DNA of 64,000 bases from Candidatus Omnitrophota bacterium (lineage in GTDB: Bacteria > Omnitrophota > Gorgyraeia > Gygaellales > Profunditerraquicolaceae): contig JAQURX010000009.1 of assembly GCA_028715415.1 (NCBI GenBank), forward strand, positions 11,807 to 75,806, read 5' to 3'. A program made the translations under genes and the position numbers. The notes below the pieces were generated by a model, which was not told where the DNA came from, searched no databases, and saw only the letters and a list, made by a program, of their open reading frames with translations. The first letter of the stretch is position 1. Each line of letters begins with the position of its first letter. Below are positions 43,547 to 54,541 of the stretch, piece after piece.

Positions 43547-44941
43547 CTAATCTAGCAAGACTTCTTCACCTTTGGTCGGGATATAAGCATTAAGCCCCTT
43601 TTGGGTAAGTGTATCAAATAAAGCCTGGGTCTGCTCAAGTTCCCCATGCACTAAGAATATGCGTTTTAGAGGAAGGCAATCAGAAACAAATTCCGCAAGG
43701 TCATTTTTATCTGCATGCCCGGAAAAGGCATTAATCACCGCTACTTCCGCGTTTAACTCACATTCAATGCCATAAATTCGCACAAAAGGCACTTTTTCCA
43801 CAATTCTTCTACCTAACGTATCTTTTGCCATATATCCGACAACCAGAACCGTATTCCGGGAATCTTCAATATTATTTTTTAGATGGTGTAGGACCCTTCC
43901 GGATTCACACATCCCGCTTCCTGAGATAATAATCATCGGACGCTTATCTGTATTTAACATCTTTGATTCCTGCTGATCCTTGATAAAACGAAGGTTTAAG
44001 AATTCAAAAGGGTTATCCCCTTTGTTTATCGCATCGCATGTCTTTTTATCCATATAGTCAGCGTGGCACTGAAAAGCATCGGTTATATCAGTTGCTAACG
44101 GGCTATCCACATAAATAGGAACTATTGGAATCTCTTTTTCTTTCAAAAGCTCATTTAAGAAATAAATAACTTCTTGGGCGCGTTCAAGGGTAAAAGAAGG
44201 AATAATAACCTTGCCTTTTCGTTCGATAGTCCGGTTAATCACTTCTTTCAACTTTGACTTTGCTTCTTCTATCGGAGAATGCAGCCTTCCGCCGTAAGTA
44301 GACTCCAGGATCAAATAATCCAGCCCCTTTAATACGGTTGGGTCATTTAACATAGGAAGCCCTTTTCTGCCTAAATCAACCGCGTAACCAAGCCGGATTG
44401 TTTTCTGCTCTTCCTTTATTTCAAGCACAACAACAGAAGAACCCAGGATGTGCCCTGCATCAAATAAAGTAAAATAGATATCTTTGGTTAGCCCAAGCCT
44501 TTGTTTATAAGAAACCGGATGGATTCTTCTTGCTGCTTTACTTGCCTCTTTCATATTATAAAGCGGCTTTCTTAATGGCAGGTTCAACCTTCTGTTAATC
44601 TTATTAACATACCTTATATCTTCCTCTTGAATCTTACCCGAATCTTCCAGCATAAGCTTACACAAATCCTTAGTGGCACTTGTTGCAAATATTTTTGAAC
44701 GAAGCCCTGCCTTAACCAAGCTTGGAAGATTTCCGCAATGATCAATATGCGCGTGGGAAATAATCAGAGCGTTAATTCTACGCACATTAAAATCAAAAGT
44801 AGTATTTATCTCATAAAACTGATCACGTTTTCCCTGAAAGAGCCCTATATCAAGCAACACCTGTGAATCTTCTGTTGAAACCAGATGGCATGAGCCTGTT
44901 ACCGTCCGGACCCCCCCTAAGAATTTAAGATTAACTGCCAT
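43547..44941 (-). CDS. MBL-fold beta-CASP ribonuclease (RNase J / CPSF-like)
   Basis: 464 aa; HAHIDHCG metallo-beta-lactamase motif plus beta-CASP region. Confidence 0.75.
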   Translation of the reverse strand: MAVNLKFLGGVRTVTGSCHLVSTEDSQVLLDIGLFQGKRDQFYEINTTFDFNVRRINALIISHAHIDHCGNLPSLVKAGLRSKIFATSATKDLCKLMLEDSGKIQEEDIRYVNKINRRLNLPLRKPLYNMKEASKAARRIHPVSYKQRLGLTKDIYFTLFDAGHILGSSVVVLEIKEEQKTIRLGYAVDLGRKGLPMLNDPTVLKGLDYLILESTYGGRLHSPIEEAKSKLKEVINRTIERKGKVIIPSFTLERAQEVIYFLNELLKEKEIPIVPIYVDSPLATDITDAFQCHADYMDKKTCDAINKGDNPFEFLNLRFIKDQQESKMLNTDKRPMIIISGSGMCESGRVLHHLKNNIEDSRNTVLVVGYMAKDTLGRRIVEKVPFVRIYGIECELNAEVAVINAFSGHADKNDLAEFVSDCLPLKRIFLVHGELEQTQALFDTLTQKGLNAYIPTKGEEVLLD

Positions 44942-45626
44942 ATTTTTCCTTAAAAAACCTTAGTTTATAAATCACAGCTAGAATTAATATAATATATGTT
45001 AAGCTAAATAGCAAGAAAATACGGTTGTTTAGAAAAAATTGCACAATTAGATTCGGGTCTTTAAAAATATTTACCCCTATATTAGCAATTATATATTGGA
45101 TCCAAAACATCTTTAGCGGAGTGCCGAAAATAACTGCCGCTAAATACTTTCTAAAGCTCATCCCGGTAAGCCCGGATGCCATATCCATAAATCTATAAGG
45201 GATAACCGGAGCAGCACGAAAGATAAAAAGCCAAAAAAAGCTAATCCTGCCCAATTTGTAATCCAGATTCTTATATTTCTTAGACAAGGATTCTTTAACA
45301 TATGCTCTTCCCAGAAACCTTGAAAGATAAAACAATATATAAGCATTAATTATTTCAGCAATACAAATATATAATGCACTTAAAAATGGGCCGAATAAAA
45401 AAGCTCCGGCTATCCAGAAAACATCTTTAGAGAAAAATAAGAAAAAGGTTACTATTACGTATGCTAAGACATATAAAAAAGCGCTGATTAAACCGGGGAA
45501 ACTGCCTAATTTATCCTGTAAAGCGGGGATATGTATATTAAGCGAGGTGCCAAGCCACCAGAAAACAAATAATGACGCTATCAGAACAAAAAATCCAAAC
45601 CCTTGCCTGTATTTGCCAAAACCCAT
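44931..45626 (-). CDS. TVP38/TMEM64 (DedA-related) family membrane protein
   Basis: 231 aa polytopic protein. Confidence 0.55.
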   Translation of the reverse strand: MGFGKYRQGFGFFVLIASLFVFWWLGTSLNIHIPALQDKLGSFPGLISAFLYVLAYVIVTFFLFFSKDVFWIAGAFLFGPFLSALYICIAEIINAYILFYLSRFLGRAYVKESLSKKYKNLDYKLGRISFFWLFIFRAAPVIPYRFMDMASGLTGMSFRKYLAAVIFGTPLKMFWIQYIIANIGVNIFKDPNLIVQFFLNNRIFLLFSLTYIILILAVIYKLRFFKEKYGS

Positions 45627-45652
45627 AGAATAATTATATCTTAGATAATATT

Positions 45653-47179
45653 TTATGTCACGAAAAGATTACGGGAGGAGAATTTTCCATCGGTTGTAAG
45701 ATTTACCCCCAGCCTCTTTAAACCAACTTCATCTCCAGGGGTGGGGATATGAGTCATGTGGACTTCGCAGCCTTTTAACTCACCTAATTTGTTCATCGCA
45801 AGTTCCGCAGTATGATTTGTAGTCGCGCTAATTGAAAGCGCTATGAGGGTTTCTTCCAAATCAAGGCTTTCTGAACCGCTATCAAGTATCCCTTCTTTAA
45901 GTTTTGCAATTTGAGCAATAATATGGGGAGATAATAAAAGTATCTCGTCAGGTATATTCGCGAGCACCTTTACAGCATTTAATATTAAACTGGAAGCTGC
46001 ATGCATCAGTTTTGAATTCTTCCCGGTAATAACCCTTCCATCGGCAAGCTGGATTGCCGCACCGCAGAAGATTCCTTCATTCCCTTTACCTTTTCCTTCA
46101 GCTTCATCAGCGGATTTCCGGGCAATCTCCACAACTACCCTATCCGTAGGCTTAACGCCTAACTCTTCCATTAACAGTATTACTCTATCTACGGTTTCTT
46201 TCTTCTCAATGCCTAGGACATATTCAGCGTTATACCTAAAATACCTCCGGATTAATTCCTGTTTTGCTGCTTCCTGCACTACTTTATCTTCTGTTATTCC
46301 GAATCCTGCGCGATTTACCCCCATATCCGTCGGAGAATTATACATTAAAAGGCTTGAATCCTTCTCAAATATCCTGTTCAAGATTAATTTTAATATAGGG
46401 AAACTCTCAACATCACGGTTATAGTTAATTGAGGTCTTGCTGTATTTATTAAGATGGAATGGATCAACAAGATTAAAATCTAAGATATCGGCTGTTGCGG
46501 CTTCATAAGCAACATTAACAGGATGTTTAAGCGGGATATTCCAGATAGGGAATGTTTCAAATTTGGCGTAGCCTGCATTAACTCCGCGTTTATGTTCATG
46601 GTATAGCTGAGAAAGGCAGATTGCCAGTTTTCCGCTGTTTGGCCCCGGAGCAGTTACGACAACAATCGGCTTTTTGGTCTCAATATAATCATTCTTTCCG
46701 AAGCCTTTTTCACTTACTATCGTGTCCACATCAGCCGGATAACCTTCAATAGGATAGTGCAGATAAACCTTAACCCCTCTTCGTTCTAATTTATTTTTAA
46801 AAATTACCGCCGAAGACTGGTTGTTAAAGCGCGTGATCACAACTGAAAGAATATCCAAACCCCAATTCCTTAAATCATCTATAAGCTTTAAAGTAGCGAC
46901 ATCATAAGTAATGCCGAAATCTCCACGCACCCTGCCCTTTTCAATATCCCCGGCATAAATACCAAGCACAATATTGATTTTATCTTTTAAGGATTGTAAT
47001 AATCTGATTTTAACATTAGGGTCATAACCCGGAAGGACTCTTGCGGCGTGATAATCAAAACAAAGCTTCCCTCCAAATTCAAGGTAAAGCTTATTTCCGA
47101 ACTTCCCTACTCTGTCTAAAATAGCAGTAGTCTGTTCTTTCAAATATTTTTCATTATCAAAACCTATTTTTTTAGTCAT
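45653..47179 (-). CDS. DUF1846 (UPF0371) family protein
   Basis: 508 aa; conserved N-terminus FDNEKYLKEQTTAILDRV... Confidence 0.6.
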   Translation of the reverse strand: MTKKIGFDNEKYLKEQTTAILDRVGKFGNKLYLEFGGKLCFDYHAARVLPGYDPNVKIRLLQSLKDKINIVLGIYAGDIEKGRVRGDFGITYDVATLKLIDDLRNWGLDILSVVITRFNNQSSAVIFKNKLERRGVKVYLHYPIEGYPADVDTIVSEKGFGKNDYIETKKPIVVVTAPGPNSGKLAICLSQLYHEHKRGVNAGYAKFETFPIWNIPLKHPVNVAYEAATADILDFNLVDPFHLNKYSKTSINYNRDVESFPILKLILNRIFEKDSSLLMYNSPTDMGVNRAGFGITEDKVVQEAAKQELIRRYFRYNAEYVLGIEKKETVDRVILLMEELGVKPTDRVVVEIARKSADEAEGKGKGNEGIFCGAAIQLADGRVITGKNSKLMHAASSLILNAVKVLANIPDEILLLSPHIIAQIAKLKEGILDSGSESLDLEETLIALSISATTNHTAELAMNKLGELKGCEVHMTHIPTPGDEVGLKRLGVNLTTDGKFSSRNLFVT

Positions 47180-47202
47180 ATTTTGCCTAATTATTAGTCA
47201 AT

Positions 47203-47231
47203 ATTATATGATAGTATCCCTGTTTTGTAAA
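47203..47231 (-). promoter_or_regulatory. sigma70-like promoter for the DUF1846 gene
   Basis: Minus strand reads TTTACA, a 17-nt spacer, then TATAAT. About 25 nt upstream of the ATG. Confidence 0.45.
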
Positions 47232-47325
47232 GAGGGCATTCCTTTGATTGCCCACCTGTCGACAGGCGGGATTCGTCGGCAGAGCATGTTGCTAAAAAAC
47301 GAGGTGATGGGGGGTGCTGCGGCGC

Positions 47326-48660
47326 TTAGACTAGCTTCAGATAATCCTTACCTTCATTCCATGGATTTAAGAAGCCGGTTATCTTAATTTTATTCTTTTT
47401 TAAATCTACTAAGCCCTTCTTTTCTACCGGGCTTAGTATTTCAACTATGGGTGAAAAAACATCTTCAGCAGACTCTTCTCTTACAACCGCAACAGTGTTA
47501 TCAGAAAGGCTAACAATAGACCCAATTGGCCAAACTCCAACTATCTTAAAGAATTTATCAATTAAACCCGGATCAAAAGCAGTATCTTTATCTTTAATCA
47601 TGGCGTTGTATATCATATCAGGAGAATATGCAGCCTTATAACTTCTCCTTAAAGAAAGCGCGTCATAAACATCACAAATAGAAACAATTAAAGAAGCTAT
47701 ATGGGGTCTCTTCTCAAAGACAAGGCGAGGATAACCGGAAAGGTCATTTTTTAAATGATGTTCAAAAGCAACAACAACAGGCAAGATTCCTAAGCTATCC
47801 ACATACTTAAGCATAATCTCTGCTCCAAGAACAGCGTGGCTTTTGATCTGGGCAAATTCATTATCGGTTAATTTATCGGCCTTAGTAAGCACTTTTCGGG
47901 AAATATACATCTTCCCGATATCATGGAATAAAGCAGCTACACCTAAATCCAACACATCATTTTTATTAAACCCGATCTTAGAAGAAAAATACATAGAAAG
48001 TATTGAAACATTCAAAAGATGAACGTAAGTTTCAACATTATACCGCTTTACAGTAGTTAATTTCAGGAATTCCTGGTATTGAGAAGAAAAATTTTCAACA
48101 ATATTATTTATGGCAAATTTTAGCGAAAGATAATTGATGTCTCCGGAACCCAATACGGCTTCAGCCGAATTAAAAACATTTTCTAATGTGCTATCATATA
48201 ATTTTAAGGCGCCATTTTCCTTTAAAGCCCCTTCTTTCTTTTGAGATCCTTCTTTATCAGATAACTTTCCCAGGGAAACATTACCCACGTGCATAATTTC
48301 CAGCTGTTCCTGTATCCAATCATTTGATTCTTCTTTCCTTCCGGAAAGTAAAACAATCAACTTTAGCAATTCCTCGTTTTTTAAACCCCGGGAGAACCTG
48401 ATTTTCTCAATATTTTTTTCTTTAAGGAATATAATCGCGGGCTTAAAAAACTTGCTTAAATCAAACATAACATCATTTTCGAAAACAAGCTCTTCTCCGA
48501 CAATGCCAAAAACCAACTCTTCTTTTTCCAGAAGAATTTCGTTTAAAGAAGAATAGGATTTCTCTACAGAATTCTTAAATATCTGGTGTTCAACCCCATA
48601 TAATTTTGCGCTCTGAAGAGAAGAGAAAAAATCTTTCAGGCAATTCTCAATCTTATCCAA
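47326..48660 (-). CDS. HD-GYP domain c-di-GMP phosphodiesterase with N-terminal sensor-like domain
   Basis: HD motif (FHDIGK), HHLKNDLSGYPRL GYP motif. Start reassigned to TTG at 48660, preceded by an AAGGUGG SD. Confidence 0.7.
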   Translation of the reverse strand: MDKIENCLKDFFSSLQSAKLYGVEHQIFKNSVEKSYSSLNEILLEKEELVFGIVGEELVFENDVMFDLSKFFKPAIIFLKEKNIEKIRFSRGLKNEELLKLIVLLSGRKEESNDWIQEQLEIMHVGNVSLGKLSDKEGSQKKEGALKENGALKLYDSTLENVFNSAEAVLGSGDINYLSLKFAINNIVENFSSQYQEFLKLTTVKRYNVETYVHLLNVSILSMYFSSKIGFNKNDVLDLGVAALFHDIGKMYISRKVLTKADKLTDNEFAQIKSHAVLGAEIMLKYVDSLGILPVVVAFEHHLKNDLSGYPRLVFEKRPHIASLIVSICDVYDALSLRRSYKAAYSPDMIYNAMIKDKDTAFDPGLIDKFFKIVGVWPIGSIVSLSDNTVAVVREESAEDVFSPIVEILSPVEKKGLVDLKKNKIKITGFLNPWNEGKDYLKLV

Positions 48661-50587
48661 CTTGCCACCTTGCCAAGATAGATCTGGCCTTTTCACGCAA
48701 AAGCTTGTTCCAAAAGAATTTTCTTTTCGCCAACATCTCAATATAATCTTTGGCTTCCTTTACCTGAGCTCCTTCGAAAATACATAAATTATCAATAATC
48801 AAATTATTTTTTAAACCGAAAGGGCTTTTAATAAGCAGCATCTCCTTGATTACCTTATCTCTCGAGGCTCCATTCTTAACCAATGCAAGAAACGCTTCTC
48901 TCTTTAAGAATAAATCTTTAAGATTTAGAATCTCAAACAAGAAACCTTCATCAATATTATAAAGATTCTGCATCGCCTTTAATATTTCAATTCTTATAAA
49001 CTCGTTAGAAAATGAATACATCTGTTTTAAAGCAATTAAAGACTCTGCTGTATCAACTTTTCTAAGCCCTTCAATTACCTTTGAAATAAATTCTATATCT
49101 GAAATCCTTCCTTTTAAATTATCACAAAAAAGATTAACCTTGTCCGGAAAGAATTTGAAATATAATTTCAGGATAATGAAACTAACTTTATTATCCTGAA
49201 ATATCTTGGAAACATATTCATCGGCCTGAAACCTGCTTTTAGGCATTGATTCGATTATCGGCAGAATAATACTGTAAATTTCTTCATTATCCCAAATCAC
49301 ATCTTCTATAATTTTATATATGTGCTCTTCTAATTTTCCAAAGAGCTCGCCCGCAGGAGAATTCCCCCTTTCCTGCCTCTTACACAATTCATGCAGATAA
49401 AGTATGAATTCAAAATCTTTTTGTTCATACGCTTCTGAAATTTCCTTATAGAGCTTTTCAAAAATCAAATCCAAATAAACCTTATTTTTCTCAATTGCAG
49501 CAAGATTGGCGATTACAAAACGATAGTTTATCTTTAAGGCAGCCCTGTCAAAAAACAGCTCTTCCTTGGCGTCCATAGATTTAAATAGTTGAGAAAGTGT
49601 ACTCTGATAGACTTCTGAAATCAGTTTGTTTTGTGAATCAGAATTCGTTAATAATTCCTTGATCTTCTTCGATAATTTTGCGCTTTCTTTGCCTAAGCTA
49701 AATTCTTTGGCACTTTTTAAAAATTCTTCCGAAACGTTCCCCTTCTTACCTACCCCAGAAAGCTGAGAGAACAAATTAAAGCTTAAAATATCAAAATTAT
49801 CATTAGTTGAGATCTCTTCAAAGAAAAGCTGGGAATAATCTTTTTCATCTAAATTCTTAAATAAAACTTCCAATTTTCTTAGATCTTCCTCATTAAACGA
49901 TTTTTTTGACCTTGCGACAACTTCAAACATCTCTTTAATGCATTTTTTGAATAATCCGAAGTCATATTTCCTTAAAAGCGATAAATATTTAGAGACAGAC
50001 TGACTAAGCTCTCCGTCATAAAGAAGCTCTTTTAAATCTATCCTCCCCAGATTCTTCCCAAAGTTACCGGCTATTTTTGAAATCTCATCGGGATTGCCTT
50101 CGCCACGGGTAGAATTTCTTAAAATATATAGCCATACATCCAACTCCGGAGAACCTTCTCCTAACAGCTTAGAATAATCAAGCTCCTCTACAGTAATACT
50201 GGGGATTTTCCTTGGTAATAAATTTTTAACGCCTCCCCCTCTTAACAGCTCTTTTCTTGGCAAAGTTACGACTCCAAAGAAATCAACCAACTCATCAACA
50301 CTTATCCCCTTTTTTATCTCAAGGCTGCTTATCTTACGCAAATGGAAGTATTGAGCAAGCTCAAGATAAATTGCCTGATTTAACCACTGCTTTCCATCCA
50401 AAATGATAAAATCCGGGTTAATATTTAGTTTTATTGAATCTAGAAATAAAAACAGTCCATCAACTTTTAATTTAAAATTCTCTACTGATTTCTTGAAAAA
50501 AGGATGCTCTTTTGAATAATTAGCCGCGTTATTCAAGACTATGCGCAATCCTTTTAGGAAATCAACCAAAGCTTCTTCTTTATTCAT
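48653..50587 (-). CDS. large hypothetical protein, paralog of the HD-GYP N-terminal domain, lacking the HD-GYP catalytic domain
   Basis: 644 aa. The N-terminal roughly 120 aa (HPFFKKSVENFKL...) parallels the HD-GYP protein N-terminus (EHQIFKNSVEKSY...). Remainder is helical and repeat-like. Confidence 0.55.
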   Translation of the reverse strand: MNKEEALVDFLKGLRIVLNNAANYSKEHPFFKKSVENFKLKVDGLFLFLDSIKLNINPDFIILDGKQWLNQAIYLELAQYFHLRKISSLEIKKGISVDELVDFFGVVTLPRKELLRGGGVKNLLPRKIPSITVEELDYSKLLGEGSPELDVWLYILRNSTRGEGNPDEISKIAGNFGKNLGRIDLKELLYDGELSQSVSKYLSLLRKYDFGLFKKCIKEMFEVVARSKKSFNEEDLRKLEVLFKNLDEKDYSQLFFEEISTNDNFDILSFNLFSQLSGVGKKGNVSEEFLKSAKEFSLGKESAKLSKKIKELLTNSDSQNKLISEVYQSTLSQLFKSMDAKEELFFDRAALKINYRFVIANLAAIEKNKVYLDLIFEKLYKEISEAYEQKDFEFILYLHELCKRQERGNSPAGELFGKLEEHIYKIIEDVIWDNEEIYSIILPIIESMPKSRFQADEYVSKIFQDNKVSFIILKLYFKFFPDKVNLFCDNLKGRISDIEFISKVIEGLRKVDTAESLIALKQMYSFSNEFIRIEILKAMQNLYNIDEGFLFEILNLKDLFLKREAFLALVKNGASRDKVIKEMLLIKSPFGLKNNLIIDNLCIFEGAQVKEAKDYIEMLAKRKFFWNKLLREKARSILARWQVG

Positions 50588-50732
50588 GCTTAACCTTTAA
50601 AATTTAAACTCTTCCTGTCAGAAAAATTTAACCGAAGCCGGATATCGGAGAAAAAAATAGCAACTCTTCACATGTTCTGAAAAGTTGCCATTAAGAAATC
50701 TGTTAACTCAAAACCCATTTTGTATTTAACTC

Positions 50733-50963
50733 TTACTTTTCTATCTTAATCTTTTCTATTTTTATACCCTTGGATTTTAAAAAATCAAAAGCTTTTTTCA
50801 TTTCACTATCCTGACCCGCAATCCCGAGTATCGCCCACCCCGCATAAGTTGAGAATGAAGCTTCATATATATTTAGCGTAATATCGTAATCTTTACAAAG
50901 ACGGCAAATAATCGATTCATCTTTTAGCTGCCCGGGAAACGTTAATCCAATTATTGTTTGCAT
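50733..50963 (-). CDS. NIL-domain small protein
   Basis: 76 aa; AGWAILGIAGQDSEMKKAFDFLKSKGIKIE resembles the NIL (MetN C-terminal) domain. Confidence 0.45.
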   Translation of the reverse strand: MQTIIGLTFPGQLKDESIICRLCKDYDITLNIYEASFSTYAGWAILGIAGQDSEMKKAFDFLKSKGIKIEKIKIEK

Positions 50964-51053
50964 ATAATTTAACCTCCTAATGTGGTATCAAATAAGTAGT
51001 TAATTCATTCTAACTTTAGTAATAAACTTAGTCAAGATATTTAACGCAGGAAT

Positions 51054-51087
51054 AAAAAAAGGCACCTTTTTTAAATACGCAGGCGCC
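51054..51087 (-). terminator. rho-independent terminator downstream of the lipoprotein gene
   Basis: Minus strand GGCGCC-UGCGUAUUUAAAAAA-GGUGCC followed by UUUUUUU. Confidence 0.6.
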
Positions 51088-51108
51088 TTTTTATTTACTA
51101 AATTATTC

Positions 51109-51477
51109 CTATCTAACGTTATGCAGGTATTCCCATCCCCAGCCAACAAGCTTACCATTCTCAATGACTAAAGGAACAAGCTGCTGGTCAGTAATTACAT
51201 CTGCTTCTAAAGGGACATCTGTATCAATTACATAATAAAAAACTTCATACCTATGATTTGTAGCTACAAGAAGATCAATCTTGTAAGGATTATTGATAGT
51301 CATCTCACGAGATAGGAAAGGCTTTGTTTTCATTATATTTAATACTTTTTCCTTTGGCATGCCAACAGTTAACCTAGCCAACCTGTTTCTATTACTTGAA
51401 ATTGCATTAAAATTCCTGGCAGTTTCACAACCCCCTAACATCAAAGCCAATGCAAGGAAAAATATAACCCTTTTCAC
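51109..51477 (-). CDS. lipoprotein (BamE/DUF3192-like)
   Basis: 122 aa; signal peptide with LGGC lipobox. Confidence 0.5.
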   Translation of the reverse strand: MKRVIFFLALALMLGGCETARNFNAISSNRNRLARLTVGMPKEKVLNIMKTKPFLSREMTINNPYKIDLLVATNHRYEVFYYVIDTDVPLEADVITDQQLVPLVIENGKLVGWGWEYLHNVR

Positions 51478-51552
51478 CTATCCACCTCCGGTTTTAATTA
51501 AAGTCAGTTTATTCTCTCCACAAATAGACAAAATCAAACGATTTTCTTTCAA

Positions 51553-51951
51553 TTAAACCTTTAACAAAACATAATCCAAGAGCAAGCGTATATTATCATC
51601 CTCAGGATTTTCAAATTTAACTCCAGAATAATACCATGATTGCCCATGCATTCTGTAAGTTCTTACAATTTCTGCATTAATACTATCTTCGTTGTTGCGA
51701 TTAGGCAGATGAAATCTGATTTCTACTTTGGTCCCGGGGAAAATTTTTTTCTCGCTTGTAACCGTCAACAAGCCCCCCTGCGAAATATTCACTACGCCTA
51801 TAGGAGCGCGGACTCTACCGCCTCCGGCATTGTAAATACAAGAACAATCAACTGATCTAACGGGCGCAAACCGAGGATAACGCCTTCTATTCCACAGTTT
51901 CCAGAAATAAATATAGCTTTTTAACTTCTTGATAATCTTATTTTTTATCAT
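51553..51951 (-). CDS. PilZ-domain c-di-GMP receptor protein
   Basis: 132 aa; RRYPRF (RxxxR) and NISQGG (D/NxSxGG) PilZ motifs. Confidence 0.75.
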   Translation of the reverse strand: MIKNKIIKKLKSYIYFWKLWNRRRYPRFAPVRSVDCSCIYNAGGGRVRAPIGVVNISQGGLLTVTSEKKIFPGTKVEIRFHLPNRNNEDSINAEIVRTYRMHGQSWYYSGVKFENPEDDNIRLLLDYVLLKV

Positions 51952-51982
51952 TCTTTACCCGTTTACACTCTGCACTTGCCTC

Positions 51983-52011
51983 ATTTTATCTCTACTTGGC
52001 AGATTGGTCAA
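51983..52011 (-). promoter_or_regulatory. sigma70-like promoter for the PilZ gene
   Basis: Minus strand reads TTGACC, a 17-nt spacer, then TAAAAT. Confidence 0.4.
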
Positions 52012-52050
52012 CAAAAATAACCTTTAATCATAGAATAAAAGCTATTCTTA

Positions 52051-52392
52051 TTAAAAAGCAGGATAATCCTTATTTAACACAATACTAACCGCAACAGCTT
52101 CTCCGGAAGAATTTTCATAATAACTAATTTCAACGTTATCATCAATTTCAATATCGGATAAAGAAATATATTCTGTTTGTTCCCTTATCTTCACATCAGA
52201 AGGAACTTGGAAGGTTTTTTCATCGGATGATCTTACGCTTATAAGAGATCCTGTCCAATCAACATTTGTAACCTGCCCGGAGTAAGTCTTAATAATCCGC
52301 TCTCTTTCTTCTGTTTTTTCCTGACAAAACCCTGTATCGAGTGAGATCATATTAAAAATAAACACCGCAGCAATCAAGCTAACTTTAATCAC
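52051..52392 (-). CDS. secreted hypothetical protein
   Basis: 113 aa with N-terminal signal peptide. Confidence 0.4.
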   Translation of the reverse strand: MIKVSLIAAVFIFNMISLDTGFCQEKTEERERIIKTYSGQVTNVDWTGSLISVRSSDEKTFQVPSDVKIREQTEYISLSDIEIDDNVEISYYENSSGEAVAVSIVLNKDYPAF

Positions 52393-52406
52393 TTTATCCT
52401 CCTTTT

Positions 52407-52868
52407 CTAAAATCTAACTGCCTCTCCGGATTTAAGATTATGTTTATCCGCAAAGCCAGAAATTACTTCCAGAACATATTTAGCTTTTTCCTTAGAGGTG
52501 AATCCTTCGCAAGAGCCTAAGCAAGGCTTAACTTCTTTCATAATATCGTTTATTTTCTTGTCAGGGCCAATCCAGATTACATCCAAAGGAATCAGCATAT
52601 TCTTCATCCAGAAATTATATTTTCCCTCTTCATCAAAAACAAACAACATGCCACAATCAGGCTTTAATTCATTCCTAAACATAAGGCCTTTTTGCCTGGC
52701 TTGCGCATTATCCGCAACTTCAGCCGTTATACAAATATCATTAATGCAGACTCTCTTAATATTATTGTTATCGCATCCAAAACAGGTGAGCAAAACTGGA
52801 AAGAAAAAACAGATGATCTTAAATCTTTGATTGGCTTTGATATTTAAGGTAGAATTATGCCTATTCAA
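52407..52868 (-). CDS. DUF192 (COG1430) family protein, secreted
   Basis: 153 aa; GLMFRNELKPDCGMLFVF...MKNMLIPLDVIWI matches the DUF192 pattern. Confidence 0.65.
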   Translation of the reverse strand: MNRHNSTLNIKANQRFKIICFFFPVLLTCFGCDNNNIKRVCINDICITAEVADNAQARQKGLMFRNELKPDCGMLFVFDEEGKYNFWMKNMLIPLDVIWIGPDKKINDIMKEVKPCLGSCEGFTSKEKAKYVLEVISGFADKHNLKSGEAVRF

Positions 52869-53133
52869 CTCTGTCTAAAAGCATTGTGACATTATTTTTC
52901 AAAACTTCCAAGAATCCATTCCCCTGAGAATCAATGGTTTGATGAGTTCCTGTTGCTTCCTTCAAAAAAATCTTACCCGGTACAATATTTGCAATAAGAG
53001 GGGCGTGGCTTGCCAAAACTCCCAGGTATCCTCCTTCGCAGGGGACAACAAGAGACAAAAGTTTCCCCTGGAAAATAATTTTCTCCGGGGTTACGATACT
53101 AAAAGAAAAAAACTTATCCTGTTTACCTTCCAT
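52861..53133 (-). CDS. atpC: F-type ATP synthase epsilon subunit (beta-sandwich only, short)
   Basis: 90 aa; IVTPEKIIFQGKLLSLVVPCEGGYLGVLASHAPL. Confidence 0.8.
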   Translation of the reverse strand: MEGKQDKFFSFSIVTPEKIIFQGKLLSLVVPCEGGYLGVLASHAPLIANIVPGKIFLKEATGTHQTIDSQGNGFLEVLKNNVTMLLDRVE

Positions 53134-53134
53134 T

Positions 53135-54541
<1,407 letters not shown>

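Noticed and set aside
48661-48741. ATG at 48741 as start of the HD-GYP gene
   Set aside because: It would overlap the upstream gene by 89 nt with no RBS. A TTG at 48660 with an AAGGUGG SD 4 nt upstream, placed right after the upstream stop, fits better. The homologous N-terminal domain also begins near there.
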